A stretch of DNA of 37,822 nucleotides, from positions 1-37,822 of IMG/VR virus record IMGVR_UViG_3300038379_000443. One strand, given 5' to 3'. Each line of letters opens with the position of its first letter. The first letter of the stretch is position 1. Source of the DNA: a virus. Its lineage: Duplodnaviria; Caudoviricetes. The notes under the pieces are model-generated. The model made no database searches. It saw only the letters and a list, made by a program, of their open reading frames with translations, and had not been told where the DNA came from. This document shows positions 1 to 7,508 of the stretch, piece by piece. Position numbers and translations under genes: made by a program.

Positions 1-200
1 CGTAGGATCGGGCGCCGCGGAGCATCTCTTTGTGCAGGGACAGTGTGCTGACACCGTCGACGCCGGGGACGGTCGCCCAGCCGCGTACGACGACGACGTC
101 CCGGGTGACGTTGCGGACCGCACCGTCGACGCGGGCCTCGACGATCATCGGTGACGTCGGCTTCTCCCGGTAGATCCGGAAGTACCCGGGGTCCATCGGG
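1..200 (+). repeat. Terminal direct repeat, copy 1 (circular overlap)
   Basis: 1-200 matches 37623-37822 except T73 vs C37695. Confidence 0.97.
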
Positions 201-574
201 ATCAGCTCGTCGACGCCGCGGCGGCCTGCCTTAACCTTCCATGTGACGGAGTGCTTCTCAAGCTCGAGTGACGTCGCGACGTCACTCCAGAATTCGAAGC
301 TGGAGACGTCCTCCGCGGGCTGCTGGAAGAGCCGGGCGTTGGGGTCGTCGAGGAGCGGCACGCGGGCGACGCTGTCACCTTCGTATGTGCGCATGACGAA
401 ACCGCCGATCGTCTCGGCGACGAGCTTCACGGCGCACGCGACGGCGGTGACGGACAGGTCGCGGCGCCGGCGCATCAGGCCGCCCAGGCCGACGTCCGCG
501 TCGGGTGGTGGCAGGAAGTCGGTCCCTTCGAACGCCCGGTGGTACCGGTTGCCGTATGGCGTCGCGAGGATCAC
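1..574 (-). CDS. HK97-family portal protein, 5' part (continues across the circular join; about 421 aa in total)
   Basis: GTG at 574 overlaps the TGA of the upstream gene. Manual translation MILATPYGNRYHRAFEG...TAVACAVKLVAETIG...SSFEFWSDV...DELIPMDPGYF is in frame with ORF 36931..37818. Missed by the ORF track. Confidence 0.92.
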   Translation of the reverse strand, partial: MILATPYGNRYHRAFEGTDFLPPPDADVGLGGLMRRRRDLSVTAVACAVKLVAETIGGFVMRTYEGDSVARVPLLDDPNARLFQQPAEDVSSFEFWSDVATSLELEKHSVTWKVKAGRRGVDELIPMDPGYFRIYREKPTSPMIVEARVDGAVRNVTRDVVVVRGWATVPGVDGVSTLSLHKEMLRGARSY

Positions 575-927
575 TGGCCGCCGCCCATGGTCTGCAGGAA
601 GATCACGCGGTCGGCGGGGACCTCGACGTCGCCGACGAGGCTCGTGTGGGCGTCGTCCTCGCCGATGACCTTCGCGCGGATCAGGACGTACATCCCGGAC
701 CACCGTCCGAGGAGGATGCCCTCGAGCGTCATGTCGGTCTCACCGATGATGCCTTCCTGCGACTCGAGGCGACGCTCGATGTGGACTCTGACGACGCGTT
801 TCCCGCGAGCGCGGTACGCGGCGCCGGCGACCCACCTCGGTGCGCGGCCGTTCAACATCGCGACGATCGTCGCTCCGGAGATGAATCCGATGGCGACGAG
901 CACCGCTGCCAGCAACGCGATCGTCAT
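571..927 (-). CDS. Small membrane-anchored hypothetical protein between TerL and portal
   Basis: Hydrophobic N-terminus (IALLAAVLVAIGFISGATIVAML); 4-bp stop/start overlaps with both neighbours. Confidence 0.8.
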   Translation of the reverse strand: MTIALLAAVLVAIGFISGATIVAMLNGRAPRWVAGAAYRARGKRVVRVHIERRLESQEGIIGETDMTLEGILLGRWSGMYVLIRAKVIGEDDAHTSLVGDVEVPADRVIFLQTMGGGQ

Positions 928-2594
928 TCGTCGCTCTCTTCGTCGTCGTAGATGTCGGAGTACTCGTCGACGTCTTCCTCCAGCTCGTCGTCGCCGAAGT
1001 CGACGCCGGCGTCGCCGTAGTCGTCGAGGAGCTCGGCCCGCCAGTACGCGAGCGCCATCGCGATCACCGCGTCGATCGGGCGGGCGTGGTCGCGTTTGCG
1101 GACGATCCAGCCCTTCTCGTCGAGGGTGCCCTTGCAGGCTGCGATGTGCGCGGCCAAGACAGGGTCGCCGCGGTGGCGGACGCGGCCGTCGATCACGGCG
1201 CGGTGGAACGCCGACAGCGCGTCACGCATGTGCTTGCTGCTCGGCTCGACCGCGGCGAGGCAGTCCTCGTCGAGGCGGGCGGTGAGGATGTCGGCGCTGC
1301 GCTCGAGGTACCTTGGGTCGTACGCCGCCTCCGCGACCTGGTAGTCGCTGAAGCACTCGAGCATGAAGTCCTCGACGCGTTCATAGTCGATCCGGCCGGA
1401 CGGGTGGAGCTCGTGGTGCGGTGCGTCCCGCCGGACGCTGAACACGCGCGCGTCGACGTCGACGTACCCGTCGTCCGCCGGTGACGCCCACGCGACGACG
1501 GTCGTGTCGTGCGACCGGGACCCGTCCGCACCGAGCGCGACGACGCGGCCCGGCTCGACGAACTCGAGGGGGCCGCCGGCGTCAGGGGCGGCGAGGGCGG
1601 CCCAGTCGTCGCGGCGGATGTACACGTCCTCGCCCTCCGCCCACACACACCCGTGCAACTGCAGGAACTCGGCGTCACTGAGAGCCGGGTCTGCCGCCTT
1701 CGCCTTGAGGAACGGGATCGTCACCCACGACGCGGGGTTCGCCAGCTTGATCGTCTTGACGTCCATCCGCAGGTCACGCGGCGTCTTGTGGCCGGCGATG
1801 GGCGCGCTGTAGTTGTAGATCAGGACGCGCGCCTCGAAGTCCCTGCTGATCGTCAACCCGGGACGGGGGCGTACGACCTGGTTGCCGGGCCCGTTCTCGT
1901 TCCGGTCGAGGAGCTGCCCGAGGATGCTCCTCTCCCGGTCCGCTGCCTCACCCGCCGTCGTGATCCCGAACACCTGGAAGTCGCGGCGGGCGGCGTCACC
2001 GGTGATTAACCCCGCCCAGAACCGGCGGTGGGACCTGGTCGTCCACGTGTGAAGCTCGTCCGGGACGACGCGTGACGGGTTCGGGCCGTGCGCGCGACGC
2101 CACTCCGCGGTCATCCGCTCGATCACACCGCGGCCGTCCACGCGGGCGATCTCACCGATGTAGTCGCGGATGTGGAAGAGCTGGCTCAGGTACGACGAGT
2201 CACGGATGAACGCGACGGCGCCGTCGAACAGCTCACTCGCCTGGTCCTCGCTCGACGCCGCGAGCTGCACGCGAGGGCGGCCGTCCTCCGTATCGACGTG
2301 ATACACCGCGTACGCCGACGAGAGGGTCGTCTTCCCGCCCTTCCGTGGGAGGATGAGGATGACGATCCGCCAGAACGGGTAGCCGTCGACGTCGACGGCG
2401 AGCGCCTCGCCCATGAACTCGAGCTGGAAAGGCTCGAGCACGAGCGGCTTGCCGGCGAACTGGTCGACGCTCTGGATGCAGTGGGTCTGGGTCCAGTGGG
2501 CGAAGTGGTCGACGCGGCTGCCTGCGGCGTAGGTCGCCCAGTCCGGCCGGCGTCGTTGCCTGCTCGGGCGGGGCTTGGCGGTCGTCGTGCTCAT
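924..2594 (-). CDS. terL: Terminase large subunit
   Basis: Walker A PRKGGKTT, Walker B VVPDELH, ITTAG coupling motif, nuclease acidic motifs GADGS and IDAVIA. Confidence 0.96.
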   Translation of the reverse strand: MSTTTAKPRPSRQRRRPDWATYAAGSRVDHFAHWTQTHCIQSVDQFAGKPLVLEPFQLEFMGEALAVDVDGYPFWRIVILILPRKGGKTTLSSAYAVYHVDTEDGRPRVQLAASSEDQASELFDGAVAFIRDSSYLSQLFHIRDYIGEIARVDGRGVIERMTAEWRRAHGPNPSRVVPDELHTWTTRSHRRFWAGLITGDAARRDFQVFGITTAGEAADRERSILGQLLDRNENGPGNQVVRPRPGLTISRDFEARVLIYNYSAPIAGHKTPRDLRMDVKTIKLANPASWVTIPFLKAKAADPALSDAEFLQLHGCVWAEGEDVYIRRDDWAALAAPDAGGPLEFVEPGRVVALGADGSRSHDTTVVAWASPADDGYVDVDARVFSVRRDAPHHELHPSGRIDYERVEDFMLECFSDYQVAEAAYDPRYLERSADILTARLDEDCLAAVEPSSKHMRDALSAFHRAVIDGRVRHRGDPVLAAHIAACKGTLDEKGWIVRKRDHARPIDAVIAMALAYWRAELLDDYGDAGVDFGDDELEEDVDEYSDIYDDEESDE

Positions 2595-3163
2595 TTGACC
2601 CGCACCATCCGGGCTTTGCTCGACGGGGTGACGGCGGGCGGTGCGGCCCGGTCGGGTGCGCTCGCCGCGCCCGTCGGCCGGCCGGCGGCGGGACGACGCG
2701 CGCGCGACGCCGGCTCGAGGCCGACGTGCTTGGCGAGGACCGAGACCTCACGCTCGTGCTCACGGATCATCTTCATGAGCGGGTGCTCCACCCGCTGCCC
2801 CATCGACCCGCGCGCGAGCGTCGGGCGGCCGAGCCCCTCCCACTCGGCCTGCACGCGGTGTGACCGCTCGACCGCCCGGGCGTACCGCTCGGCGGCTTCC
2901 GCGAACAGCTGCCGGTCGTCCTCGTTCGGATAGAGCTTCGCGATCGAGCCGGCCGCCGCCGCCAACGCTCCGGCGTACACCCGGTCGGAGTCGAAGGAGC
3001 GCTCGCGGTCGGACTCATCGTCCTCGTCGCCATCGTCCCAGTCGTCGTCATCGACGAAGTCCTCCGGTGGTGGTGGCTCGGGAGCGCGGCGCTTTGCACG
3101 AGATTGAGACGCGCGGCCTTTCGCACGAGATTGAGGGGGCGTTTTTGAAATGCGGTCAGTCAC
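2591..3163 (-). CDS. terS: Terminase small subunit, P27-like
   Basis: GSMGQRVEHPL...LAKHVGLEPASRAR motif; immediately upstream of terL with ATGA overlap. Confidence 0.88.
   Translation of the reverse strand: MTDRISKTPPQSRAKGRASQSRAKRRAPEPPPPEDFVDDDDWDDGDEDDESDRERSFDSDRVYAGALAAAAGSIAKLYPNEDDRQLFAEAAERYARAVERSHRVQAEWEGLGRPTLARGSMGQRVEHPLMKMIREHEREVSVLAKHVGLEPASRARRPAAGRPTGAASAPDRAAPPAVTPSSKARMVRVK
3084..3137. repeat. Imperfect 27-bp tandem repeat with core GCACGAGATTGAG
   Basis: Core at 3096-3108 and 3123-3135. Confidence 0.85.
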
Positions 3164-3573
3164 GTTTCCGTCCGTGTAAACTTGGGGACCGGGGACTGCT
3201 CAGGCGTGCGTCTGCCTGCTACCCCCCCCTTGCGGCGTGATCGGCCACCGTCGACGATGCCGTGGCAGTAGCGGCCGAGAGACGTGACGTCATCGATCGT
3301 TGCGGCGGAGTGGTCTCCACCGAGGCGCGGGTCGAGGTGCACGGTCATGTTCTTGTTGCCGCACTCGGTGCCGTGGCAGCGCTGGCATGTGTGGGCGTCG
3401 AGCTCGAGACGCTGGGCGCGGAGGGTCACCCAGTGCTTGGTGCGCCGGCCATGCGCCGTCGCCTTCGCGGCGAGGCGGACGTTGTCGATGCGTCTGCGTT
3501 CGGTCTCATGGGTCGGGCAATGTGCCGCTGGTCCAGAGTGCATCCGGCTGCATGTCGGACAGATCTTGGCCAT
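3160..3573 (-). CDS. HNH-type endonuclease associated with terminase (atypical motif)
   Basis: CxxC...CPTH, W-x-x-L-R, CQRC, TVH, then LGRYCH; position before terS as in HK97 gp74. Start chosen at ATG 3573. Confidence 0.78.
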   Translation of the reverse strand: MAKICPTCSRMHSGPAAHCPTHETERRRIDNVRLAAKATAHGRRTKHWVTLRAQRLELDAHTCQRCHGTECGNKNMTVHLDPRLGGDHSAATIDDVTSLGRYCHGIVDGGRSRRKGGVAGRRTPEQSPVPKFTRTET

Positions 3574-3581
3574 GACGACGA

Positions 3582-3729
3582 ACACCCCGACGGGCGGGGT
3601 GTAGAGACACTTCGGGTGTGGGGGTGCGTGCGGGCTTTCGAGGGCAGCCGCTTTGCCGATGACGCTATTGGCGTCACGCCCGGGGCATGTACCGGGCTCA
3701 CCTATTGGTGGGCAGATGTGAGCTTACCA
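3582..3729 (-). promoter_or_regulatory. Putative late promoter (extended -10 TGG-TAAGCT) and hairpin-rich leader
   Basis: TAAGCT at 3721-3726 on the minus strand; inverted repeats at 3699-3710, 3679-3696, 3660-3676 and 3582-3602; only sizeable intergenic gap before the packaging genes. Confidence 0.5.
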
Positions 3730-3939
3730 CCGTTCTTCGGATGTCGTGCGTCCTCGAATTATGTCGGTGGGCCGGCTGCCTGGAGTCGCTCCGCCGCCAC
3801 AGCCACGGCCGATGACAGGGATGAGGCGCAGGCGTTGCTCGTCGCCGCCCGCTGACCTCCCGGTCATGCGCGGCGCGGGCGTCTCCGTGGCGCGCCGGCG
3901 TTGACGCTGAAGGCGGGCGTAGAGCTTAGATGTCGCCAC
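3724..3939 (-). CDS. Hypothetical basic protein
   Basis: Fills the gap after the sigma4-like gene; GAGA-type SD upstream. Confidence 0.45.
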   Translation of the reverse strand: MATSKLYARLQRQRRRATETPAPRMTGRSAGGDEQRLRLIPVIGRGCGGGATPGSRPTDIIRGRTTSEERW

Positions 3940-4162
3940 TCTCAGTCTCCTTCGCGATCTGGACCATTACGCGTTCCATGCCTCGGTCTATGCGGTCTCG
4001 GACGGTGGTGACGCCGATGCCGAGGCGTAGGGCAATTGTGCGGTATCCGGGACGTTCATCGCTCTCATACAGCTCGATCGCCTCGAGTTGCTCCAGAGTG
4101 CAGACACGCCGGGCTGTATCGATGATCTGTTCCCTCGTCGGCGGCGTGCTGGGCGTCGTCAC
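3926..4162 (-). CDS. Sigma-70 region 4-like HTH protein, likely late transcription regulator
   Basis: QLEAIELY...GYRTIALRLGIGVTTVRDRIDRG pattern; last regulator before the late genes. Confidence 0.75.
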   Translation of the reverse strand: MTTPSTPPTREQIIDTARRVCTLEQLEAIELYESDERPGYRTIALRLGIGVTTVRDRIDRGMERVMVQIAKETESGDI

Positions 4163-5013
4163 GTGGCGATTGCCTCCTGTTCGATGACGGCGCCCTCATC
4201 GCGGTCGTGGTGGTGGCTGTTCGTGGCGGCGCGGCGGGCGATCTCGTCGCCGCGGCCTGGTTCGACGGCGAGCTCGAGCTGGGATCTCATCGCGCACGCT
4301 AGGCGGGCCCGTTCGATCTGCGCGGCGAGGTGCGGGTCGGTTGGTCGGTAGTCGTGGATCTCGGTGACGTGCGCCGGCCGGCCACCGGCCAGGCCGGACG
4401 GCGCTGATGCTGGGTCGCCGTCGCGCGCGCGCGCTGCTTTCTTCTCGGTCTTCTCGGGTGGGTGGTCGTCTGCGACCACTGTTGGAGGACCATTTCGACC
4501 ACCGTTGACATCACCAACCGTGGACGTAGCCGACCACTGTTCCGAGGCAACCGTGGTCGTGGGCGCCCCTGGTTCAACCTTGGTCGTAGGCGACCCCTGT
4601 TCGGGTGTAACAGTGGTCGTAGCCGACCACTGTTGAGCGGGTGGCAGGCCGGTCTCGGCGGGGCGCCGGCCACGGCTCTCGGTGCGTGTGATGACACCGC
4701 GATCGCGCAGGCGGGCGAGGGAGCGCTTTGTGCTGCGCTCGTCGACGCCAGCGGCCGCCGCGAGCTGCGAGACCGTGAGCCGGTCGGTCAGGCGACTGTA
4801 CGAAGCGACGAGCGCGAAAACCGCGGTGAGAACCTTCCAGTCGCGGCCCGTGAGGTCTCCCGCGGTGACGGCACGCTGCTGCGCCTGCCGGATCGCTGCT
4901 CCGGTCTCCGCGTAGCTCGAGCGGCCGCGCAGCGTCGACCCGCACTTCGGGCACCATGCACTGTTCTCGGGGATCGGCGCCCCGCAATCAGGGCACGTTT
5001 TCATCTCGGCCAC
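4159..5013 (-). CDS. Replication initiator-like protein (zinc ribbon + winged HTH + iteron-bearing linker)
   Basis: CPDC...CPKC; LTVSQLAAAAGVDERSTKRSLARLRDRGVI; internal DNA repeats, as in lambda O-type initiators. Confidence 0.7.
   Translation of the reverse strand: MAEMKTCPDCGAPIPENSAWCPKCGSTLRGRSSYAETGAAIRQAQQRAVTAGDLTGRDWKVLTAVFALVASYSRLTDRLTVSQLAAAAGVDERSTKRSLARLRDRGVITRTESRGRRPAETGLPPAQQWSATTTVTPEQGSPTTKVEPGAPTTTVASEQWSATSTVGDVNGGRNGPPTVVADDHPPEKTEKKAARARDGDPASAPSGLAGGRPAHVTEIHDYRPTDPHLAAQIERARLACAMRSQLELAVEPGRGDEIARRAATNSHHHDRDEGAVIEQEAIAT
4458..4634. repeat. Five 26-bp palindromic iteron-like repeats (putative origin)
   Basis: Copies at 4458, 4516, 4549, 4576 and 4609; best copy AACAGTGGTCG-TAGC-CGACCACTGTT. 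Confidence 0.8.
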
Positions 5014-5387
5014 TCAGGCTCCTTGACGAGTAGATGGACGATGGCCGGCCAATCCTCCGGCCGGAACACGTGAATCTCTTGACCGGCGACACGGAACCTG
5101 TCATGGCAGTCGGCCTGGGCCGGCGTCACCTTCCCGCCGTGTCTCTTCAGCTCGAGGAACACGAGTCGCGGGCCGCGAAGGAGCGAGAGGTCCGGCCACC
5201 CCCTCTGGCTGTGGCGCGAGTCATGCGGGTGGTACGACCACCAGCCGAGCGCATCGGCGAACGCGACGACAGCCGCCTGGAACTCCTTCTCTGTCATCGC
5301 ACGCGCCTGCGCGGCCGGGAACGGCCGCGCGAGCTGCTCGAGCACCGCCGGGGTGATACGTCGGGGAAGCGGCGGGGTGTTCGTCAC
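5001..5387 (-). CDS. VRR-NUC domain nuclease (Holliday junction resolvase-like)
   Basis: TEKEFQ...GWPDL...FLELK...TPAQ PD-(D/E)xK motifs; start set at the GTG overlapping the upstream stop. Confidence 0.88.
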   Translation of the reverse strand: MTNTPPLPRRITPAVLEQLARPFPAAQARAMTEKEFQAAVVAFADALGWWSYHPHDSRHSQRGWPDLSLLRGPRLVFLELKRHGGKVTPAQADCHDRFRVAGQEIHVFRPEDWPAIVHLLVKEPEWPR

Positions 5388-5506
5388 CGGCCGCGCCTGT
5401 TCAGCCACCACGCCTGCACCGCGGCGACGATCAGGGCGAGAGCGACGACCACCAACGTGACAGCGACGGCCAGGAGCTCACCGCTGTCGGGAATCAGCGC
5501 GCTCAT
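5384..5506 (-). CDS. 40-aa single-pass membrane peptide
   Basis: Manual translation MSALIPDSGELLAVAVTLVVVALALIVAAVQAWWLNRRGR; ATGA and GTGA overlaps at the two ends. Confidence 0.7.
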   Translation of the reverse strand: MSALIPDSGELLAVAVTLVVVALALIVAAVQAWWLNRRGR

Positions 5507-5889
5507 GGCGCCACCACCGGCGGCTTCGGGACCTCATCGACCTTCCGCCGTCGCGCCGGGTCGATCGAGATCCGCAGGCTCCTGCCCTTCGTCGTGAGTC
5601 GCAGGCGCTCCGCGTGACGTTCGCACAAGTAGAGACCGAGCCTCACCCGCATCGGGTCCGGTGCCGGCGCCCCCTCGTGCGGAGCGGTCAGGTCGTACAG
5701 CTCGACGATGTCCCGGTAGGCGGACCGACGCCTGCAGCCCTGCGCGAAGCAATCCCCGCCACCCCGGCGCCTTCCCGCGACCGCCACCGCGAGCTGCTCG
5801 AGCTGCTCTGGAGTCACGATCACGGCGCCAGCCGCGGCGGCATCTCTAGCACTCCGTCGACGGCGAAAGAGGCGACGAAGCCACTTCAT
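5503..5889 (-). CDS. Hypothetical protein, possible Cys/His zinc site
   Basis: ATGA overlaps; CFAQGC and LCERH. Confidence 0.65.
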   Translation of the reverse strand: MKWLRRLFRRRRSARDAAAAGAVIVTPEQLEQLAVAVAGRRRGGGDCFAQGCRRRSAYRDIVELYDLTAPHEGAPAPDPMRVRLGLYLCERHAERLRLTTKGRSLRISIDPARRRKVDEVPKPPVVAP

Positions 5890-6297
5890 GATGTGACCTC
5901 TCCCGAGTCGCGGGCGGCGAGAACGGCTTCGAGGCCGTGGCGGTTCCCGCCTGTATCGGGATGGGTGGCCTTGATCGCGGCGGCGACACCGCCATGCATG
6001 GTGATGAGTCGCCGGCCGCGGTCGATGAGCGTTTCACCGGCCCCTGATACGGCTTCGATCGCGCGCCAGCCGGCGTATTGTTCCCGCCGCGTGTGATCCC
6101 GTACCGATCTACCCCTGCGCAGAGCCTCGAGGCCGAGGGCGATCGCACGGAGGTTCGCCCGCCAGTCGGTGAACACGTCTGTCGCATAGCGCAAGGGCCC
6201 ATATCGGCTGTCGAAAGAGACGATCACGCCGGGGTGCTCTGGCGGTCTGGCTTTCGCGCGTGGCAGGCCGTCCTGTCGGATGTCCTCGTTGCGCCAT
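5886..6297 (-). pseudogene. Damaged phage protein with C-terminal J-domain-like HPD motif
   Basis: DIRQDGLPRA...HPGVIVSF...NLRAIALGLEALR...EQYAGW...HPDTGG. The SD plus ATG at 6297 is out of frame with the body, and VDRYGIT lies in another frame. Confidence 0.6.
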
Positions 6298-6583
6298 CTG
6301 GCTTCCTTGGTCGGGCGATCGTGTACATCCAGCACGGATTCCGCAGGCCGTTCATGGCAAGCGTGCGGTCGAGGTACCCCAACCGCACGAGGCGGATCAG
6401 TGATCCTGAAGCCGCCTGGACGGTGATTCCCATTTCGGAAGCGACCAAATCGGCGAACCAGCCGCTGTGTGGTTCGTCGTCGAGCTCACCGGGAGAGAAC
6501 ATATTCAGGACGTCGCCGTCGCTTCTCCAGAGCACGGCCATGACGCTGCAGTCCTGTGGTGTAGGTGATCTGACCCGTCTCAC
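6224..6583 (-). CDS. Hypothetical winged-HTH-like protein; 3' end probably altered by a deletion
   Basis: VASEMGITVQAASGSLIRLVRLGYL; GTGA overlap with the upstream gene. Confidence 0.55.
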   Translation of the reverse strand: MRRVRSPTPQDCSVMAVLWRSDGDVLNMFSPGELDDEPHSGWFADLVASEMGITVQAASGSLIRLVRLGYLDRTLAMNGLRNPCWMYTIARPRKPDGATRTSDRTACHARKPDRQSTPA

Positions 6584-7269
6584 GGCGTCACCGGTCCCGC
6601 GAGGTACGCCTGGGCGCGTCGGAACCGGTCACGCCCGGACAGCTCGATTGCGTCGGGCGGGACCTGGTCGGCGGGGACGACGCTACACAGAAGGACGAGG
6701 TCGCTGGGCACTTCGGGCTCGCCTACGTCGCTGGGGACCTCGCGGGCGATGAGGTACTGCGCTTGGACGCTGACTCGCAGGACGCGCGGCCGGGGTCCGG
6801 GGCGCGGGACCCAGGTGATGGTGGCGCGCGGGTGGTGGGCTCGGCAGTCGTCGTGGTGGACGACGAGGACGCCGGTGTGGCCGTGGCCGATGACGCTCTT
6901 CCACCGGCACGCCGGGCCGGCGGCCTCCTCGTAGAGGGTGTCGTCCGTCCAGGTGCGGTGTGAGACGGTGACGGATGATTCGACGGCGCCGGCCGGGACG
7001 TCACCGACCCAGACGCGCGGCTCGTACGCGCGCAGGACGAGTGCCTGCGGTTTCGTGACGGCGCCGGCGGCTTCGTCGGAGTGGAACGCGGCGATCGCCG
7101 CGGCGGCGAGGAGCGCGATGGTGGCTGCTTTCCCGGCGCCGCGGACGGTGAAGCGCCTGTCCGGTTGGGGGGCGCCCGCCGCCGCCCGGTCGCGGACGGA
7201 GGCGGGCACGGGGCTCCGGTCGACCAGGCCACCCGCCAGGGGGACTGGTTCGCCTTCGCCCTCTCGCAT
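6580..7269 (-). CDS. Hypothetical protein with signal-like hydrophobic stretch; start uncertain (ATG 7269 or 7383)
   Basis: 3' part of ORF 6580..7950; KAATIALLAAAAIAAF followed by a beta-rich domain. Confidence 0.45.
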   Translation of the reverse strand: MREGEGEPVPLAGGLVDRSPVPASVRDRAAAGAPQPDRRFTVRGAGKAATIALLAAAAIAAFHSDEAAGAVTKPQALVLRAYEPRVWVGDVPAGAVESSVTVSHRTWTDDTLYEEAAGPACRWKSVIGHGHTGVLVVHHDDCRAHHPRATITWVPRPGPRPRVLRVSVQAQYLIAREVPSDVGEPEVPSDLVLLCSVVPADQVPPDAIELSGRDRFRRAQAYLAGPVTP

Positions 7270-7390
7270 GGTGCGGGGTTGGGAAGCGCCCGCCGCCGCC
7301 CGGTCGCGGACGGAGGCGGGCGCGGGGCTCCGGTCGACCAGGCCGCCCGCCAGGGGGACTGGTTCGCCTTCGCCCTCTCGCATGGTGCGG
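7163..7390. repeat. 114-bp tandem duplication (7163-7276 and 7277-7390), 4 mismatches
   Basis: Direct comparison; differences at 7170-7171/7284-7285, 7208/7322 and 7231/7345. Confidence 0.95.
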
Positions 7391-7479
7391 TGTGCCGGGC
7401 TGCCTGACACCGCGCCCGGCGGCGGGCCGCATGCGCTCGACCAGGTCCGAGTCCTGGGAGCGTCGGAGTCAGGCTCTCC

Positions 7480-7508
7480 GTCGACCGCCGCGCCAGCGGC
7501 GGGTCGAC
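7480..7508 (-). terminator. Strong hairpin directly after the stop of the 65-aa gene (U-tail-less terminator candidate)
   Basis: GTCGACCGCCGC-GCCA-GCGGCGGGTCGAC. Confidence 0.4.

Noticed and set aside
4458-4634. CRISPR-like mini-array
   Set aside because: Gaps between most repeats are only 1-7 bp, the repeats are degenerate and inside a CDS, and there are no cas genes.
7163-7390. DGR template/variable repeat pair
   Set aside because: No reverse transcriptase in the genome; the copies are directly adjacent, and the A residues at mismatches are split between the two copies rather than confined to one template.
7163-7508. Known ribozyme or c-di-GMP riboswitch
   Set aside because: No hammerhead CUGANGA/GAAA core or GEMM consensus found by eye; an Rfam search is still needed.
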